From Planktothrix tepida PCC 9214 (GTDB taxonomy: Bacteria; Cyanobacteriota; Cyanobacteriia; Cyanobacteriales; Microcoleaceae), in assembly GCF_900009145.1 (NCBI RefSeq), contig NZ_LN889801.1:278154-331620 (forward strand): a stretch of 53,467 nucleotides of DNA, in the 5' to 3' direction. A program made the position numbers and the translations under genes. The notes beneath the pieces are model-generated. The model was not told where the DNA came from, ran no database searches, and was given only the letters and a program-made list of their open reading frames with translations. This document shows positions 18,243 to 28,320 of this stretch, piece by piece (position 1 is the first letter of the stretch; every line of letters starts with the position of its first letter).

Positions 18243-21152
18243 TTGAGGGTTGACTGTTGTTGGTGTGGGCGAGTCGCGCTGATGCACCCTACTCCTTGTC
18301 TCCTCCTTTCCTCTGTTCCCAACACCCTAAAAATAATGGGAGAATCTTTGTCCCCAGATCGTAAATTTATTACTACTGAACCCCTGTTTATGGCAGGAGA
18401 AAAAGCCGAATCTCAAGTCTGGATGGCGATTTGTCAAAGCTTTGAGCCACGAGATTGTATTGCCTATTGGCGTTATCCGATTTTCTCAAAATTGGGAACC
18501 TTTCGGAAAGAACCGGATATTTTAATCGTAGATGCAGAATTGGGATTAATTATTATTGAGGTGAAATCAATAACGATTGAGCAAATTCTGGGAATTACAG
18601 GTCATCGTTGGGAACTCCAAGAATTTTATACGACCCAGGCGAACCCCTATCAACAGGCAGAACATCAACTCTTTGCCCTACTGGACTATTGCAATTTAGA
18701 AGAGATTCTGCATCAGAAGGTTCCGGGTCGTGTCCTCGTCGCCTTACCTCGCATTCTTCACTCTCAATGGCAATACCGGGGATTTGATCGGTTGCCGAGT
18801 TCTCCTCCTATTCTATTTCAAGAGGATCTGGGGTTTAAGGGGGTCGAATCTTCGATCACAGCAAACACACCCTTTTTCTCGGAACCGTCACCTGTCAACG
18901 GTCAAGATTCCAGTTTAATTGAAAAAATTGAGAATGCACCGTTAGTCACGCGGGGAAGTGAACTTTCTGAGGAACAATGGGGACTGTTAAAGGCGGTCAT
19001 TAGTGGAACACCGTTATTTCGTCCACCGACTCGTCGCTTTTTTTTCAGCCAAACGGATGATTTAGAAACCGCTTTAACCCGCAGTGCGGTCTTAGCTATT
19101 GCTAGACAACGTATTTCTGAACTGGATTTACAACAGGAACAAATTGCCAAAGTGATCCCCCCAGGGCCACAACGAATTCGGGGAATTGCGGGTTCAGGAA
19201 AAACGGTGTTACTGTGTCAAAAAGCAGCACAAATGCACCTGAAAAATCCTGAATGGGATATTGCGTTTGTATTTTTTAGTCGGAGTTTATATGATCCAAT
19301 TTTACAACAAATTGATCAATGGTTAAGGCGATTTAGTTGCAATCAAATCAGGTATGATCCCCAGAATTCTAAATTAAAAGTTCTTCATGCTTGGGGGGCA
19401 AAGGATCAACCCGGTTTTTATCGCACCATTTGTCAAGCTGCGGGAGTTTGGAGCCAAAGTGTTCAACAAACAACTCGTTCAAACGCGAATGAAGCCTTAG
19501 CAGAAGCTTGTTATCATTTATTAGCATCGGCAACGATTCCCGCTATTTTTGATGCTATTTTAATTGATGAAGGTCAGGATTTTATTGTTGAGGAAGATCT
19601 AAAATTTGAGGGAAAACAGCCCTTTTATTGGATGGCGTATCAAGCCTTACGTCCTGTTCATCGGGAAGAAGACAATAATTCTGAAATTCCTCAAAAACGC
19701 TTGATTTGGGCTTATGATGAAGTTCAAAGTTTAGAAAGTTTAAAAGTGCCGACGGCGAGTGAATTATTTGGAGATGAGTGGGGACAATTAGTTACGGGAG
19801 AATATGGCAACGGAATTAAAAAAACAGAGATTATGTCTCGATGTTATCGGATTCCAGCCCCGATTTTAACGGCGGCTCATGGGATTGGTTTGGGGTTATT
19901 GCGTCCGCAAGGATTATTAACCGGAATGAAGTGGGCAGAAGATTGGGAAACGATGGGGTATAAAGTCATATTAACAAATTTGAAAGAACCAGAAAATGAT
20001 CCCCACAATTCTCCTTTAAAATTGGGCGAAACGATTACCCTTTATCGTCCTGAACACAATTCACCTAATCCTGTATCAGCGTTATGGAAAAAACCTTTAA
20101 TTGAATTTGAAGCTTATCGTTCTCGTTCCGAAGAATTAACCGCCTTAAGCGATCGCATTCTATATAACTTAAAAATTGATGGCTTGCGTCCCAGTCGAGA
20201 AATTTTAGTCATTGTTTTAGGAATGGGATGGGAAGCGATAGAACTTGAAACCAAGATTGCTAACTTTTTAATGCAGCAAGGAATTGATATTTTTATCCCT
20301 GGAACACCGGACTGTAATATTCTCAAACCGACTTCTAATAATGCCCATGCGAATCAATTTTGGTGTGAAGGCGGGGTAACTATTTCTCGTATTCATCGAG
20401 CGAAAGGACATGAAGCTGATATGGTTTATTTGGTGGGTTTAGATCAAATTGCGGTTGCTGAAAATAATCTTAATTTCCGTAATCAATTATTTGTGGCGAT
20501 GACTCGTTCACGGGGTTGGCTGAGGTTAAGCGGTTTAGGTTCCTATCCTTTTTATGAAGAATTAGCACGAGTCATTGAAAGCGGAAATACTTTAACGTTT
20601 CGTTTACGGTTTCCCCCCCAACGGGATATTAGCATCACCGATGGCGGAGAACTGCTGCGAAGATATAAGAATGGCGATCGCAATTTTCAAGGCGCAAATC
20701 TATCCGCTCTCGATTTAACGGGGGTGAATTTAAGTCATGCTAATTTAATTGGAGCGAATCTTCAACAAACCAACCTCACCCATGCTAACTTAAATTACGC
20801 TAAATTAGTAGTGGCGAATTTAAGCCAAGCTAACATGACAGGTGCTAATCTACAGCGAGTCAAATGTGTTGGCACTAATTTACAACAGACTCGATTGAAT
20901 TCTTGTGATTTGAGTCGTGCAGATCTCAGTCATGCTGATTTGAGTCAGGCGCAATTGGTTCGTGCTAATTTGAAGGATGCTAATTTGAGTGGGACAAATT
21001 TAACACAGGCTGATCTTTCCTATGCTACTCTTCAGGGTGCTGTTGTTAATGAGGCCAACGGCACAGAAGTAATCCTAACAGGGGCAATATTACCCGATGG
21101 TTGGATATTTGCAGGGGCTATCGGACGACCCTCACTGAATCAATTATCATGA
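18243..21152 (+). CDS. NERD-domain / UvrD-like superfamily-1 helicase / pentapeptide-repeat fusion protein
   Basis: 969 aa. The likely start is MGESLSPD at about 18336. The N-terminus has a NERD-like nuclease-related block (PDILIVDAELGLIIIEVKS). The middle has a P-loop (GIAGSGKTVLL), a DEGQD Walker-B/motif II, and a C-terminal helicase motif (RIHRAKGHEADMVYLVG). The last ~150 aa are tandem A(N/D)LSx pentapeptide repeats. Confidence 0.7.
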   Translation: MRVDCCWCGRVALMHPTPCLLLSSVPNTLKIMGESLSPDRKFITTEPLFMAGEKAESQVWMAICQSFEPRDCIAYWRYPIFSKLGTFRKEPDILIVDAELGLIIIEVKSITIEQILGITGHRWELQEFYTTQANPYQQAEHQLFALLDYCNLEEILHQKVPGRVLVALPRILHSQWQYRGFDRLPSSPPILFQEDLGFKGVESSITANTPFFSEPSPVNGQDSSLIEKIENAPLVTRGSELSEEQWGLLKAVISGTPLFRPPTRRFFFSQTDDLETALTRSAVLAIARQRISELDLQQEQIAKVIPPGPQRIRGIAGSGKTVLLCQKAAQMHLKNPEWDIAFVFFSRSLYDPILQQIDQWLRRFSCNQIRYDPQNSKLKVLHAWGAKDQPGFYRTICQAAGVWSQSVQQTTRSNANEALAEACYHLLASATIPAIFDAILIDEGQDFIVEEDLKFEGKQPFYWMAYQALRPVHREEDNNSEIPQKRLIWAYDEVQSLESLKVPTASELFGDEWGQLVTGEYGNGIKKTEIMSRCYRIPAPILTAAHGIGLGLLRPQGLLTGMKWAEDWETMGYKVILTNLKEPENDPHNSPLKLGETITLYRPEHNSPNPVSALWKKPLIEFEAYRSRSEELTALSDRILYNLKIDGLRPSREILVIVLGMGWEAIELETKIANFLMQQGIDIFIPGTPDCNILKPTSNNAHANQFWCEGGVTISRIHRAKGHEADMVYLVGLDQIAVAENNLNFRNQLFVAMTRSRGWLRLSGLGSYPFYEELARVIESGNTLTFRLRFPPQRDISITDGGELLRRYKNGDRNFQGANLSALDLTGVNLSHANLIGANLQQTNLTHANLNYAKLVVANLSQANMTGANLQRVKCVGTNLQQTRLNSCDLSRADLSHADLSQAQLVRANLKDANLSGTNLTQADLSYATLQGAVVNEANGTEVILTGAILPDGWIFAGAIGRPSLNQLS

Positions 21153-21346
21153 AAAGAGTTGAGGATGTTGAGCGCTGAGAGTTGACCGTTGTATGTTCTG
21201 ACACCCGCTACCTCCACCCGCCACCGCGTACTCAACAAACCGCTTCGTAACTTGCCTTTCTGATGTGAAGGAGTGAGGTGTTAATCACCACACGTCCTAT
21301 TTCCAGATGACACCCTTTCCCGGTTTCGATAAACAAGAACCCCGCT

Positions 21347-24300
21347 ATGATCACTTTACCTGGCTATCAGATTCTTAACCCGATCTATAATGGTTCGAGA
21401 ACACTGGTTTATCGTGGGATTCGTTTGTCTGATGGTTACCCGGTTGTGATTAAACTATTACGCAGTGAATATCCAACCGTACCCTCTTTGATTGAATTTA
21501 GAAATCAATATCGCATTGCCAAAGCTCTTAATATATCCGGTATTGTTCCGATTCTGGATTTGGAACCCTATTGTAATGGGTTTGCCTTGATTATGGCTGA
21601 TCAAGGCTATATTTCACTAGCCGATTATTTAGTACAGCGAGAACTAACCTTAAGTGAATTATTAAAAATTGCCATTGAAATTACTCAAATTTTAGAACAA
21701 TTGTATCAACATCGGGTGATTCATAAAGATGTTAAACTGCAAAATATTTTAATTCACCCGGAAACTTTGAAAGTTCAACTGATTGATTTTAGTATTTCTA
21801 TTCAACTGAATCATTCCCATCAAGAAGTTGTTAATTCTCAAGGATTAGAAGGAACTTTAGCTTATATGTCTCCCGAACAAACCGGACGAACCCATCGGGG
21901 TATTGATTATCGCACAGATTTGTATTCTTTAGGCGTAACACTTTATCAATTATTAACTCGAAAACTTCCGTTTCCATCTTCTGATCCCCTAGAATTAATT
22001 CATGCTCATTTAGCCCTGCTTCCTCAGCCTTTAAGCGAAATTAAACCGACCTTACCGATAATGCTCAATAATATTATTTTAAAATTGATGGCTAAAAATC
22101 CAGAGGAGCGTTATCAAACTCCATTAGGACTGCGCTATGATTTAGAAAATTGTTTAGAACAATGGGAAAAACTGGGGGATATTCCTCCGTTTCCTTTGGC
22201 GACGATTGACTTAAATGATCGATTTATTATTCCCAATAAATTTTATGGACGAGAGCCAGAAATTGAGCGTTTAAATTCGATTGTGAACACGGCTCAATCA
22301 GAAATTATTGTAATTACAGGTCAATCAGGAATTGGCAAGTCTTCCCTGGTTCAAGAATTCTATCAAACCGTTGCATATTGTGGAACAGGAGTTTTGCCTA
22401 TAACTCATTGTGTCACCTTAGACAGTTATTTTATCACAGGCAAATTTGATCAATTTAAAACGAATACGCCTTTTTGGGGATGGGTACAAGGGATTAAACA
22501 ATTAATTCAACAAGTATTAACTGAACCTTTGGAACAGGTAGAAGCTTGGAAAAAGAAACTTTTAAATGGACTCGGAGATCAAGCCCCGGTTTTAATGGCT
22601 GTTATTCCTGAACTGAAAGTTTTATTAAATCAACAGTCTTCCCTGACTGAATCAGAGGTTAATCTTGACCTGAATCAATTTAATCGTTTAATTCAAAAGC
22701 TAATTCAAACTTTTGCCAAACCTCATCATCCCTTAGTCATTTTTTTAGATGATTTACAATGGGCAGATGTTGAATCCTTACGATTAATTCAGGTTTTGAT
22801 GAGTCCTGAACAAAATATTTATTCTACACCTCCAACCTTAGTGCTAATTTTAGCGTATCGGGATGACGAGATCGGGGAAACACATCCTTTAATTAAAATC
22901 TTAGAAACCTTAGAAAATTCAGGAATTCCCTTACATCGAATTCCTTTAAATGCTTTAGAAGATTCTGCGATTAATCAACTAATAGCAGAAACATTAGTTT
23001 GTTCCTTAGACCGGGCTAAACCTTTGGCAGAATTAGTCAGTCAAAAAACTCAAGGAAATCCTTTTTTTGTTCGTCAATTTCTACAAACCTTATATACAGA
23101 AGAACTAATTTGGTTTAATCCGCCTCAATCTTCCTTAAAAAATCGAAATTTATTCGGAGGTTGGCAATGTAATTTAACTCAAATTAAAACCCGTTCGATT
23201 AACTCTAATATTTTAGATTTAATTCTTCATCAATTACAACAATTACCTCCAGACACCCAAGAAATTTTAAAAATTGCGGCTTGTTTAGGAAATCAATTTA
23301 ATGCCGTAGATTTAGCTACCGTAACTGAAAAAACTTATTTAGAAACATTAAAAGCTTTAGAAATTGCTTTACAGGCTCAATTTATTGTTATTGCTAGAGA
23401 TATTTATCCCTTTTATTCCTTAGAAACTGAAGTATTTTCCCCTCCACACTTTGATCCAAATGAAACCTTACCGTTGTTACAGCCCGGTATTGATAAATAC
23501 CAATTTATTCATGACCGAGTTCAACAAGCTGCTTATCTTTTAATTCCAACTCATCAACGACAAGCGACTCATTTAAAAATCGGAAATTCGCTTTTAAATC
23601 AAATCAAAAAACAATATTTTAATCAATCCATTAAGATTATTTTACATATAATTTCAACCGAAGTTTTATTAAATATCATTAATCAACTCAATTTAGGAGT
23701 AGGCTTAATTCAGGATCAAAAAGAACGAGATCAATTAGCCTTATTTAATTTAATAGCCGGACAAAAAGCGAAAATTGCCACCGCCTATCCGACAGCTATT
23801 GGACATTTAGCGATTGGTCTGGGGTTATTGGTAACGGAGAGTTGGGAACGAGACTATCAATTAACATTAGAATTATACACAGAAGCAGCAGAAATTGCTT
23901 ATCTCAGCCAAGATTGGGAAAATTTACACAAGTGGGGAAATATTGTTTTAGAAAATGTTAAAATATTCGGGCATAAAGTAAGAATTTATGAATTAATGAT
24001 TCAAGCTTATAGGAGCCAAAATCAAGATCACAATGCGGTCAATCTTGCGTTAGCTGTTTGTCAACAATTAGGGTTCACCTGGGGTGATAATTTTAGTGAA
24101 GAAAGTTGGCAGGAATTCAAGCATAATTTTATTAAAAATTTAGGGGGAAGAACACCCTTAGCATTATTAGATTTACCCGAATTATCTAATACTAATTTAG
24201 TAAATTTATTTAGAATTTTAACCTCTGCTTTTCCTTCTGCTTATCGGGTAATTCCCAAACAATTCCCATTTTGGGTTTTAAAACTGGTTCATTTATCCTA

Positions 24301-27300
24301 TCAACAAGGAAATACAACGTTATCAAGTTTTGTCTATGCTGTATTTGGATTTATTCTTTGTACGCAAGGGGAAATTGAGTTCGGAAATCAAATGGGAGAA
24401 TTAGCTTTAGAATTATCGCAAAAACAAGCAAATTTTGCAATAATTATCAAAGTTAAACAACTGGTTTATCGGTTTATTAAACCTTGGAAAACTTCCTTAA
24501 AGCAGATTTTATCTCCTCTCAAAACTTGCTATTTACAAGCTCAAGAAGCCGGGAGAATTGATGAAGCTTATTGTCTTGCTCAAGCTTATCTTGAAATCGC
24601 TTATTTCACGGGAAACGATGTCTCTGAATTGGAGCTTGAATTGAGTCGGTGTTTAAATCAGTTACAAAATTTTAAATCTCCGTCAGAACTATTAATTTTT
24701 ACAACCTATCATCAAAGCTTGCAAATTTTAAATGGAAAATTAGAGGGAGACACCTCATTAAATTTTACGGGTCATGCTGAAAACGGGACAATAGGAACGA
24801 CTGAAATTGGATATTCTTCCCAGGAAATTCCTTTTGAACTTAGTTTAAATTTCATGGTTCTGAATTATAGATTAGATAGATTACAACAGGCGAAGGAATG
24901 GTCTCAGCAAGCTGAATGCTATTTAAACAAAGACACCTATTTTGTTTTACAACCGTTTTTTTATTGTTATCAATCTTTAATTGATTTAGCAATCTACCCG
25001 GAGTTATCGTCAGAAGACCAAGTTAAAATTTCAGAAAAAGTAACTCAAAACCAAGAAAAATTAAAAGCTTTTTCTCAGGGGACTCCGATGAACTTTTCCC
25101 ATCTATTTTATTTGGTGGAGGCAGAATTTAACCACATTCAAGGAGATTATATTAAAGCCATTGAAGCTTATGAACAAGCGATTATGCTGGCTAAAACCTA
25201 TCAGTTTATTCAGGAAGAAGCTTTAGCAGAGGAATTAGCGGCTAAATTTTATTTAGATTGGGGAAAAGAAAAAATTGCCAGGGTTTATTTAATTGATGCT
25301 TATTATAGTTATGCTCATTGGGGTGCTTTTGCCAAAGTGAAGGATTTAGAATCTCGTTATCCTCAACTTTTAAATTCTATTTTAGCACAACTTGTTATTC
25401 CCACAACAGGAACAACAATCAGTAATAATACGACAGAAACCATTATTTCTAGTAGTCATGGAGGTTCGGCTGCTCTCGATTTAGCAACGGTGACAAAAGC
25501 TTCTCAAGCTTTATCTCAAGAAATCGATTTAGAACAACTCTTGAAACGATTAATTCAAGTGGTGATTGAAAACGCAGGAGCCGAAAAATGTTGTATTCTT
25601 TTATCTAAATCGGGAAAATTAGCGATAGAAGCAATAGCCAGTTTAAATCCGATTAACGGAGGGTCTATTGAGATTGAATCCTTATTAAAATCTGTTTCTG
25701 TAGAGCAAAGTAATGCCTTACCTTTATTGATTCTGAATACCGTGATTCAAACCCAAGAGTTTATGATTTTAGCAGATGCTCGTCAAGAATCTCGGTATCG
25801 TAATGATCCTTATTTAATAGAACATCAATCCAAATCAATCCTCATGACTCCCATTCAAAATCGGGGGAAATTGATTGGAATTCTGTACCTTGAAAATAAC
25901 TTAGCAACCGCAGTGTTTACTCCAGAACGATTAGAAGTCCTCAAAATTCTGTTTTCTCAAGCCGCGATTTCCATTGACAATGCTAAACTTTATTCTCAAG
26001 TTCGCAATAATGAACAACAGATGACGCAATTCTTAGAAGGAATTCCGGTTGGCGTTGCTGTTTTAGACCCTACGGGTAAACCCTATTTTACCAATCAAAA
26101 AGCTCAACAATTGCTCAAAACTAAAGTCACTCCTGGATTATTTTGTGAAGCTTTATCTAATATTTATCAAGCTTATCTCAATTGGTGTCAACAGCATCAA
26201 TTTGATCAATTAACACCTTATTGTGATTTATATAATCCTACACCCGATACCACGTTTATTTTAGAAGTGAATCAGGGAGAACAAACGATATTGCTTGAAA
26301 ATTGGGTGACACCGACTTATGATGAAGAGGGGGATTTAATGTATGCGATTCTAGCGTTCCAAGATATAACAAAACGTCAGCAAACAGAACTGGCTTTAAG
26401 GCAAGCTGAAGAAAAATATCGCAGTATATTTGAAAATGCCAGTGAAGGCTTATTTCAAACCACCAGGGAGGGGCATTATATCAGTGCAAATCCTGCCTTG
26501 GCGAAGATTTTAGGTTATGATTCTCCCTGGGATTTAATGTCAACGGTGAGGAATGTTGAAGAACAAATTTATGTAGATTCTCAACGCCGATTAGATTTTA
26601 TACAATTAATTGATCAACAAGGGGAAGTTTCAGGATTTGAATTTAAAGCCTACCGCAAAGATGGCAGCATTATTTGGATTTCAGAAAATGCACGGGCTGT
26701 CTTTAATGATAAAAATGAATTACTTTATTATGAAGGGTTTGTCGTTGATATTACAGAACGAAAAACTGCCGAAGAAGAACGCTTACAATTTATGGCAAAA
26801 CTTTCAGAATTGAATCATCATTTAGATGAAGCGTTAGATTCGGAATTTGAACTGACGGATGCAGCGGCGCGATTTGTTCCCCATGAATTTTTATCTTTTT
26901 TAGGTTATGAAAGTATTGTGGAAGTTCAGTTAGGGGCAGCAGTTCAAAAAGAAATGTCGATTTTATTTGCTGATATTCGGGATTTTACCAGTCTTTCTGA
27001 AGATATGACTCCTGAAGATAATTTTAAATTTATTAATGCGTTTTTAAGCCGTATGGAACCTGCCATCGTCGAAAATTATGGTTTTATTGATAAATATATT
27101 GGGGATGAAATTATGGCATTATTTGGCGGGTCTGCTGATGATGCAGTTCGGGCTGGGATTTCAATGATTAGCCGACTGAATGAGTATAATGAAACCCGAC
27201 AACGCCCCGAACGTCCTCCGATTAAAATTGGGATTGGTATTAATACCGGAGGATTAATGTTAGGAATTGTGGGGGGTAAAAATCGACTGGATAGTACGGT

Positions 27301-27673
27301 TATTAGTGATTCGGTCAATGTCGCTTCTCGCATTGAGAATTTAACAAAAAATTATGGGGTGTCTTTATTAATTACCCATCCCACTTTTATGGCTTTAGAA
27401 AATGCCAACGAGTATGCAATTCGGATTATTGATCGAGTCAAAGTCAAAGGAAAATCCGATGCGGTAACGGTATATGAAGTATTTGATTCAGATTTGCCGG
27501 AAATAAAAGCTGGAAAACTTCGGACAAAAACCACCTTTGAATATGGATTAATGCAATATTATTTAGAACGTTACTCAGAGGCTGCCAGATTATTCCAAGA
27601 ATGCCTACATCACCTCCCTATGGATAAAGTTGCTCAAATTTATTTAGAACGCTGTTTATCTAAAATGTTCTAA
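21347..27673 (+). CDS. Giant multidomain signalling protein with, in order, a Ser/Thr-kinase-like domain, a P-loop NTPase (STAND/AAA-like), TPR-like helical repeats, a GAF domain, two PAS domains and a class III adenylyl/guanylyl cyclase
   Basis: 2108 aa. The kinase-like region (nt 21359-22160) has VVIKLL, HKDVKLQNILI, DFSIS and SPE motifs. The NTPase (nt 22240-23030) has a P-loop ITGQSGIGKSSLV and a Walker B LVIFLDDLQWAD. The GAF domain is at about nt 25480-26000. PAS/PAC domains occupy about nt 26030-26780 (for example YRSIFENASEGLF). The cyclase (nt 26970-27500) has FADIRDFT and YIGDEIMALFG metal-binding motifs plus a NTGG motif. Confidence 0.8.
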   Translation: MITLPGYQILNPIYNGSRTLVYRGIRLSDGYPVVIKLLRSEYPTVPSLIEFRNQYRIAKALNISGIVPILDLEPYCNGFALIMADQGYISLADYLVQRELTLSELLKIAIEITQILEQLYQHRVIHKDVKLQNILIHPETLKVQLIDFSISIQLNHSHQEVVNSQGLEGTLAYMSPEQTGRTHRGIDYRTDLYSLGVTLYQLLTRKLPFPSSDPLELIHAHLALLPQPLSEIKPTLPIMLNNIILKLMAKNPEERYQTPLGLRYDLENCLEQWEKLGDIPPFPLATIDLNDRFIIPNKFYGREPEIERLNSIVNTAQSEIIVITGQSGIGKSSLVQEFYQTVAYCGTGVLPITHCVTLDSYFITGKFDQFKTNTPFWGWVQGIKQLIQQVLTEPLEQVEAWKKKLLNGLGDQAPVLMAVIPELKVLLNQQSSLTESEVNLDLNQFNRLIQKLIQTFAKPHHPLVIFLDDLQWADVESLRLIQVLMSPEQNIYSTPPTLVLILAYRDDEIGETHPLIKILETLENSGIPLHRIPLNALEDSAINQLIAETLVCSLDRAKPLAELVSQKTQGNPFFVRQFLQTLYTEELIWFNPPQSSLKNRNLFGGWQCNLTQIKTRSINSNILDLILHQLQQLPPDTQEILKIAACLGNQFNAVDLATVTEKTYLETLKALEIALQAQFIVIARDIYPFYSLETEVFSPPHFDPNETLPLLQPGIDKYQFIHDRVQQAAYLLIPTHQRQATHLKIGNSLLNQIKKQYFNQSIKIILHIISTEVLLNIINQLNLGVGLIQDQKERDQLALFNLIAGQKAKIATAYPTAIGHLAIGLGLLVTESWERDYQLTLELYTEAAEIAYLSQDWENLHKWGNIVLENVKIFGHKVRIYELMIQAYRSQNQDHNAVNLALAVCQQLGFTWGDNFSEESWQEFKHNFIKNLGGRTPLALLDLPELSNTNLVNLFRILTSAFPSAYRVIPKQFPFWVLKLVHLSYQQGNTTLSSFVYAVFGFILCTQGEIEFGNQMGELALELSQKQANFAIIIKVKQLVYRFIKPWKTSLKQILSPLKTCYLQAQEAGRIDEAYCLAQAYLEIAYFTGNDVSELELELSRCLNQLQNFKSPSELLIFTTYHQSLQILNGKLEGDTSLNFTGHAENGTIGTTEIGYSSQEIPFELSLNFMVLNYRLDRLQQAKEWSQQAECYLNKDTYFVLQPFFYCYQSLIDLAIYPELSSEDQVKISEKVTQNQEKLKAFSQGTPMNFSHLFYLVEAEFNHIQGDYIKAIEAYEQAIMLAKTYQFIQEEALAEELAAKFYLDWGKEKIARVYLIDAYYSYAHWGAFAKVKDLESRYPQLLNSILAQLVIPTTGTTISNNTTETIISSSHGGSAALDLATVTKASQALSQEIDLEQLLKRLIQVVIENAGAEKCCILLSKSGKLAIEAIASLNPINGGSIEIESLLKSVSVEQSNALPLLILNTVIQTQEFMILADARQESRYRNDPYLIEHQSKSILMTPIQNRGKLIGILYLENNLATAVFTPERLEVLKILFSQAAISIDNAKLYSQVRNNEQQMTQFLEGIPVGVAVLDPTGKPYFTNQKAQQLLKTKVTPGLFCEALSNIYQAYLNWCQQHQFDQLTPYCDLYNPTPDTTFILEVNQGEQTILLENWVTPTYDEEGDLMYAILAFQDITKRQQTELALRQAEEKYRSIFENASEGLFQTTREGHYISANPALAKILGYDSPWDLMSTVRNVEEQIYVDSQRRLDFIQLIDQQGEVSGFEFKAYRKDGSIIWISENARAVFNDKNELLYYEGFVVDITERKTAEEERLQFMAKLSELNHHLDEALDSEFELTDAAARFVPHEFLSFLGYESIVEVQLGAAVQKEMSILFADIRDFTSLSEDMTPEDNFKFINAFLSRMEPAIVENYGFIDKYIGDEIMALFGGSADDAVRAGISMISRLNEYNETRQRPERPPIKIGIGINTGGLMLGIVGGKNRLDSTVISDSVNVASRIENLTKNYGVSLLITHPTFMALENANEYAIRIIDRVKVKGKSDAVTVYEVFDSDLPEIKAGKLRTKTTFEYGLMQYYLERYSEAARLFQECLHHLPMDKVAQIYLERCLSKMF

Positions 27674-27687
27674 GTCTTTGATATGAT

Positions 27688-28227
27688 TTGAACAATCCTT
27701 TGTGTGTTGAACGATTACCCAGTATGAGCGATCTGTATATTTCAGCGACGGAATACCACCACAAAATTGAAACCTTAGCCGTAAAAATTTATCAGTCTCA
27801 ATGGCAATTTAATCAAATTGTCTGTTTAGCGAGGGGAGGGTTACGAGTCGGGGATATTCTTTCTCGGATTTTTGAACAACCGATGGCGATTTTAGCGACA
27901 TCATCTTATCATGGGCTAGGGGGAAAAGTTCGAGGCGCGATCAAAATTGCTGAACACTTAACTATGACCACAGACACCTTGGGAAGTCACGTTTTATTAG
28001 TGGATGATTTAGTCGATTCTGGGATTAGTTTACAAGAATCTATCCGGTGGTTGAAATCCCGTTATCCTCAAATCCAAGAGATGAAAACGGCTGTTCTCTG
28101 GTATAAAAGTTGTTCAGTAATGGCTCCCGATTATTTTGTGGATTATCTGGCGGATAACCCTTGGATTCATCAACCCTTTGAATGTTATGAAAACATGAAT
28201 TTAGCCGAGTTGGAACAGCCGGGTTAA
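27688..28227 (+). CDS. Xanthine-guanine phosphoribosyltransferase-like (type I PRTase)
   Basis: 179 aa. The PRPP-binding motif VLLVDDLVDSGISL is present. ARGGL...SSY and a C-terminal PWIHQPFE closely mirror E. coli Gpt (RGGL...SSY, VIDDLVDTGGT, TWIEQPWD; the Gpt sequence is recalled from memory). The start lies 14 nt after the stop of the giant gene. Confidence 0.65.
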   Translation: MNNPLCVERLPSMSDLYISATEYHHKIETLAVKIYQSQWQFNQIVCLARGGLRVGDILSRIFEQPMAILATSSYHGLGGKVRGAIKIAEHLTMTTDTLGSHVLLVDDLVDSGISLQESIRWLKSRYPQIQEMKTAVLWYKSCSVMAPDYFVDYLADNPWIHQPFECYENMNLAELEQPG

Positions 28228-28257
28228 ACAAGATGACTAATCGCTTTTTCTCACCCC

Positions 28258-28320
28258 CTGTTCCCTATTTTCTTTTCCCTTCTGTTCCCTGTTCCCAGTT
28301 AAGCTGTTCCCTCTTCCTCT
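28258..28320. repeat. (TGTTCCC)n, which is (GGGAACA)n in reverse orientation
   Basis: cctgttccctattttcttttcccttctgttccctgttcccag...ctgttccctcttcctct. Confidence 0.7.

Noticed and set aside
21347-27673. Interpreting the STAND-like megaprotein as an antiviral Avs-type defence protein
   Set aside because: Its P-loop NTPase and TPR-like core are compatible with this reading. However, the sensory GAF/PAS domains and a cyclase output are the hallmarks of cyanobacterial multi-sensor signalling proteins. No nuclease, protease or TIR-type effector is present. A defence role cannot be supported from sequence alone.
27688-28227. PRTase as a retron or defence-type effector coupled to the cyclase
   Set aside because: The sequence aligns motif for motif with housekeeping Gpt-type xanthine-guanine PRTases (RGGL...SSY, VDDLVDSG, PWIHQP) and lacks any extra effector domain. 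A salvage enzyme is the parsimonious call.
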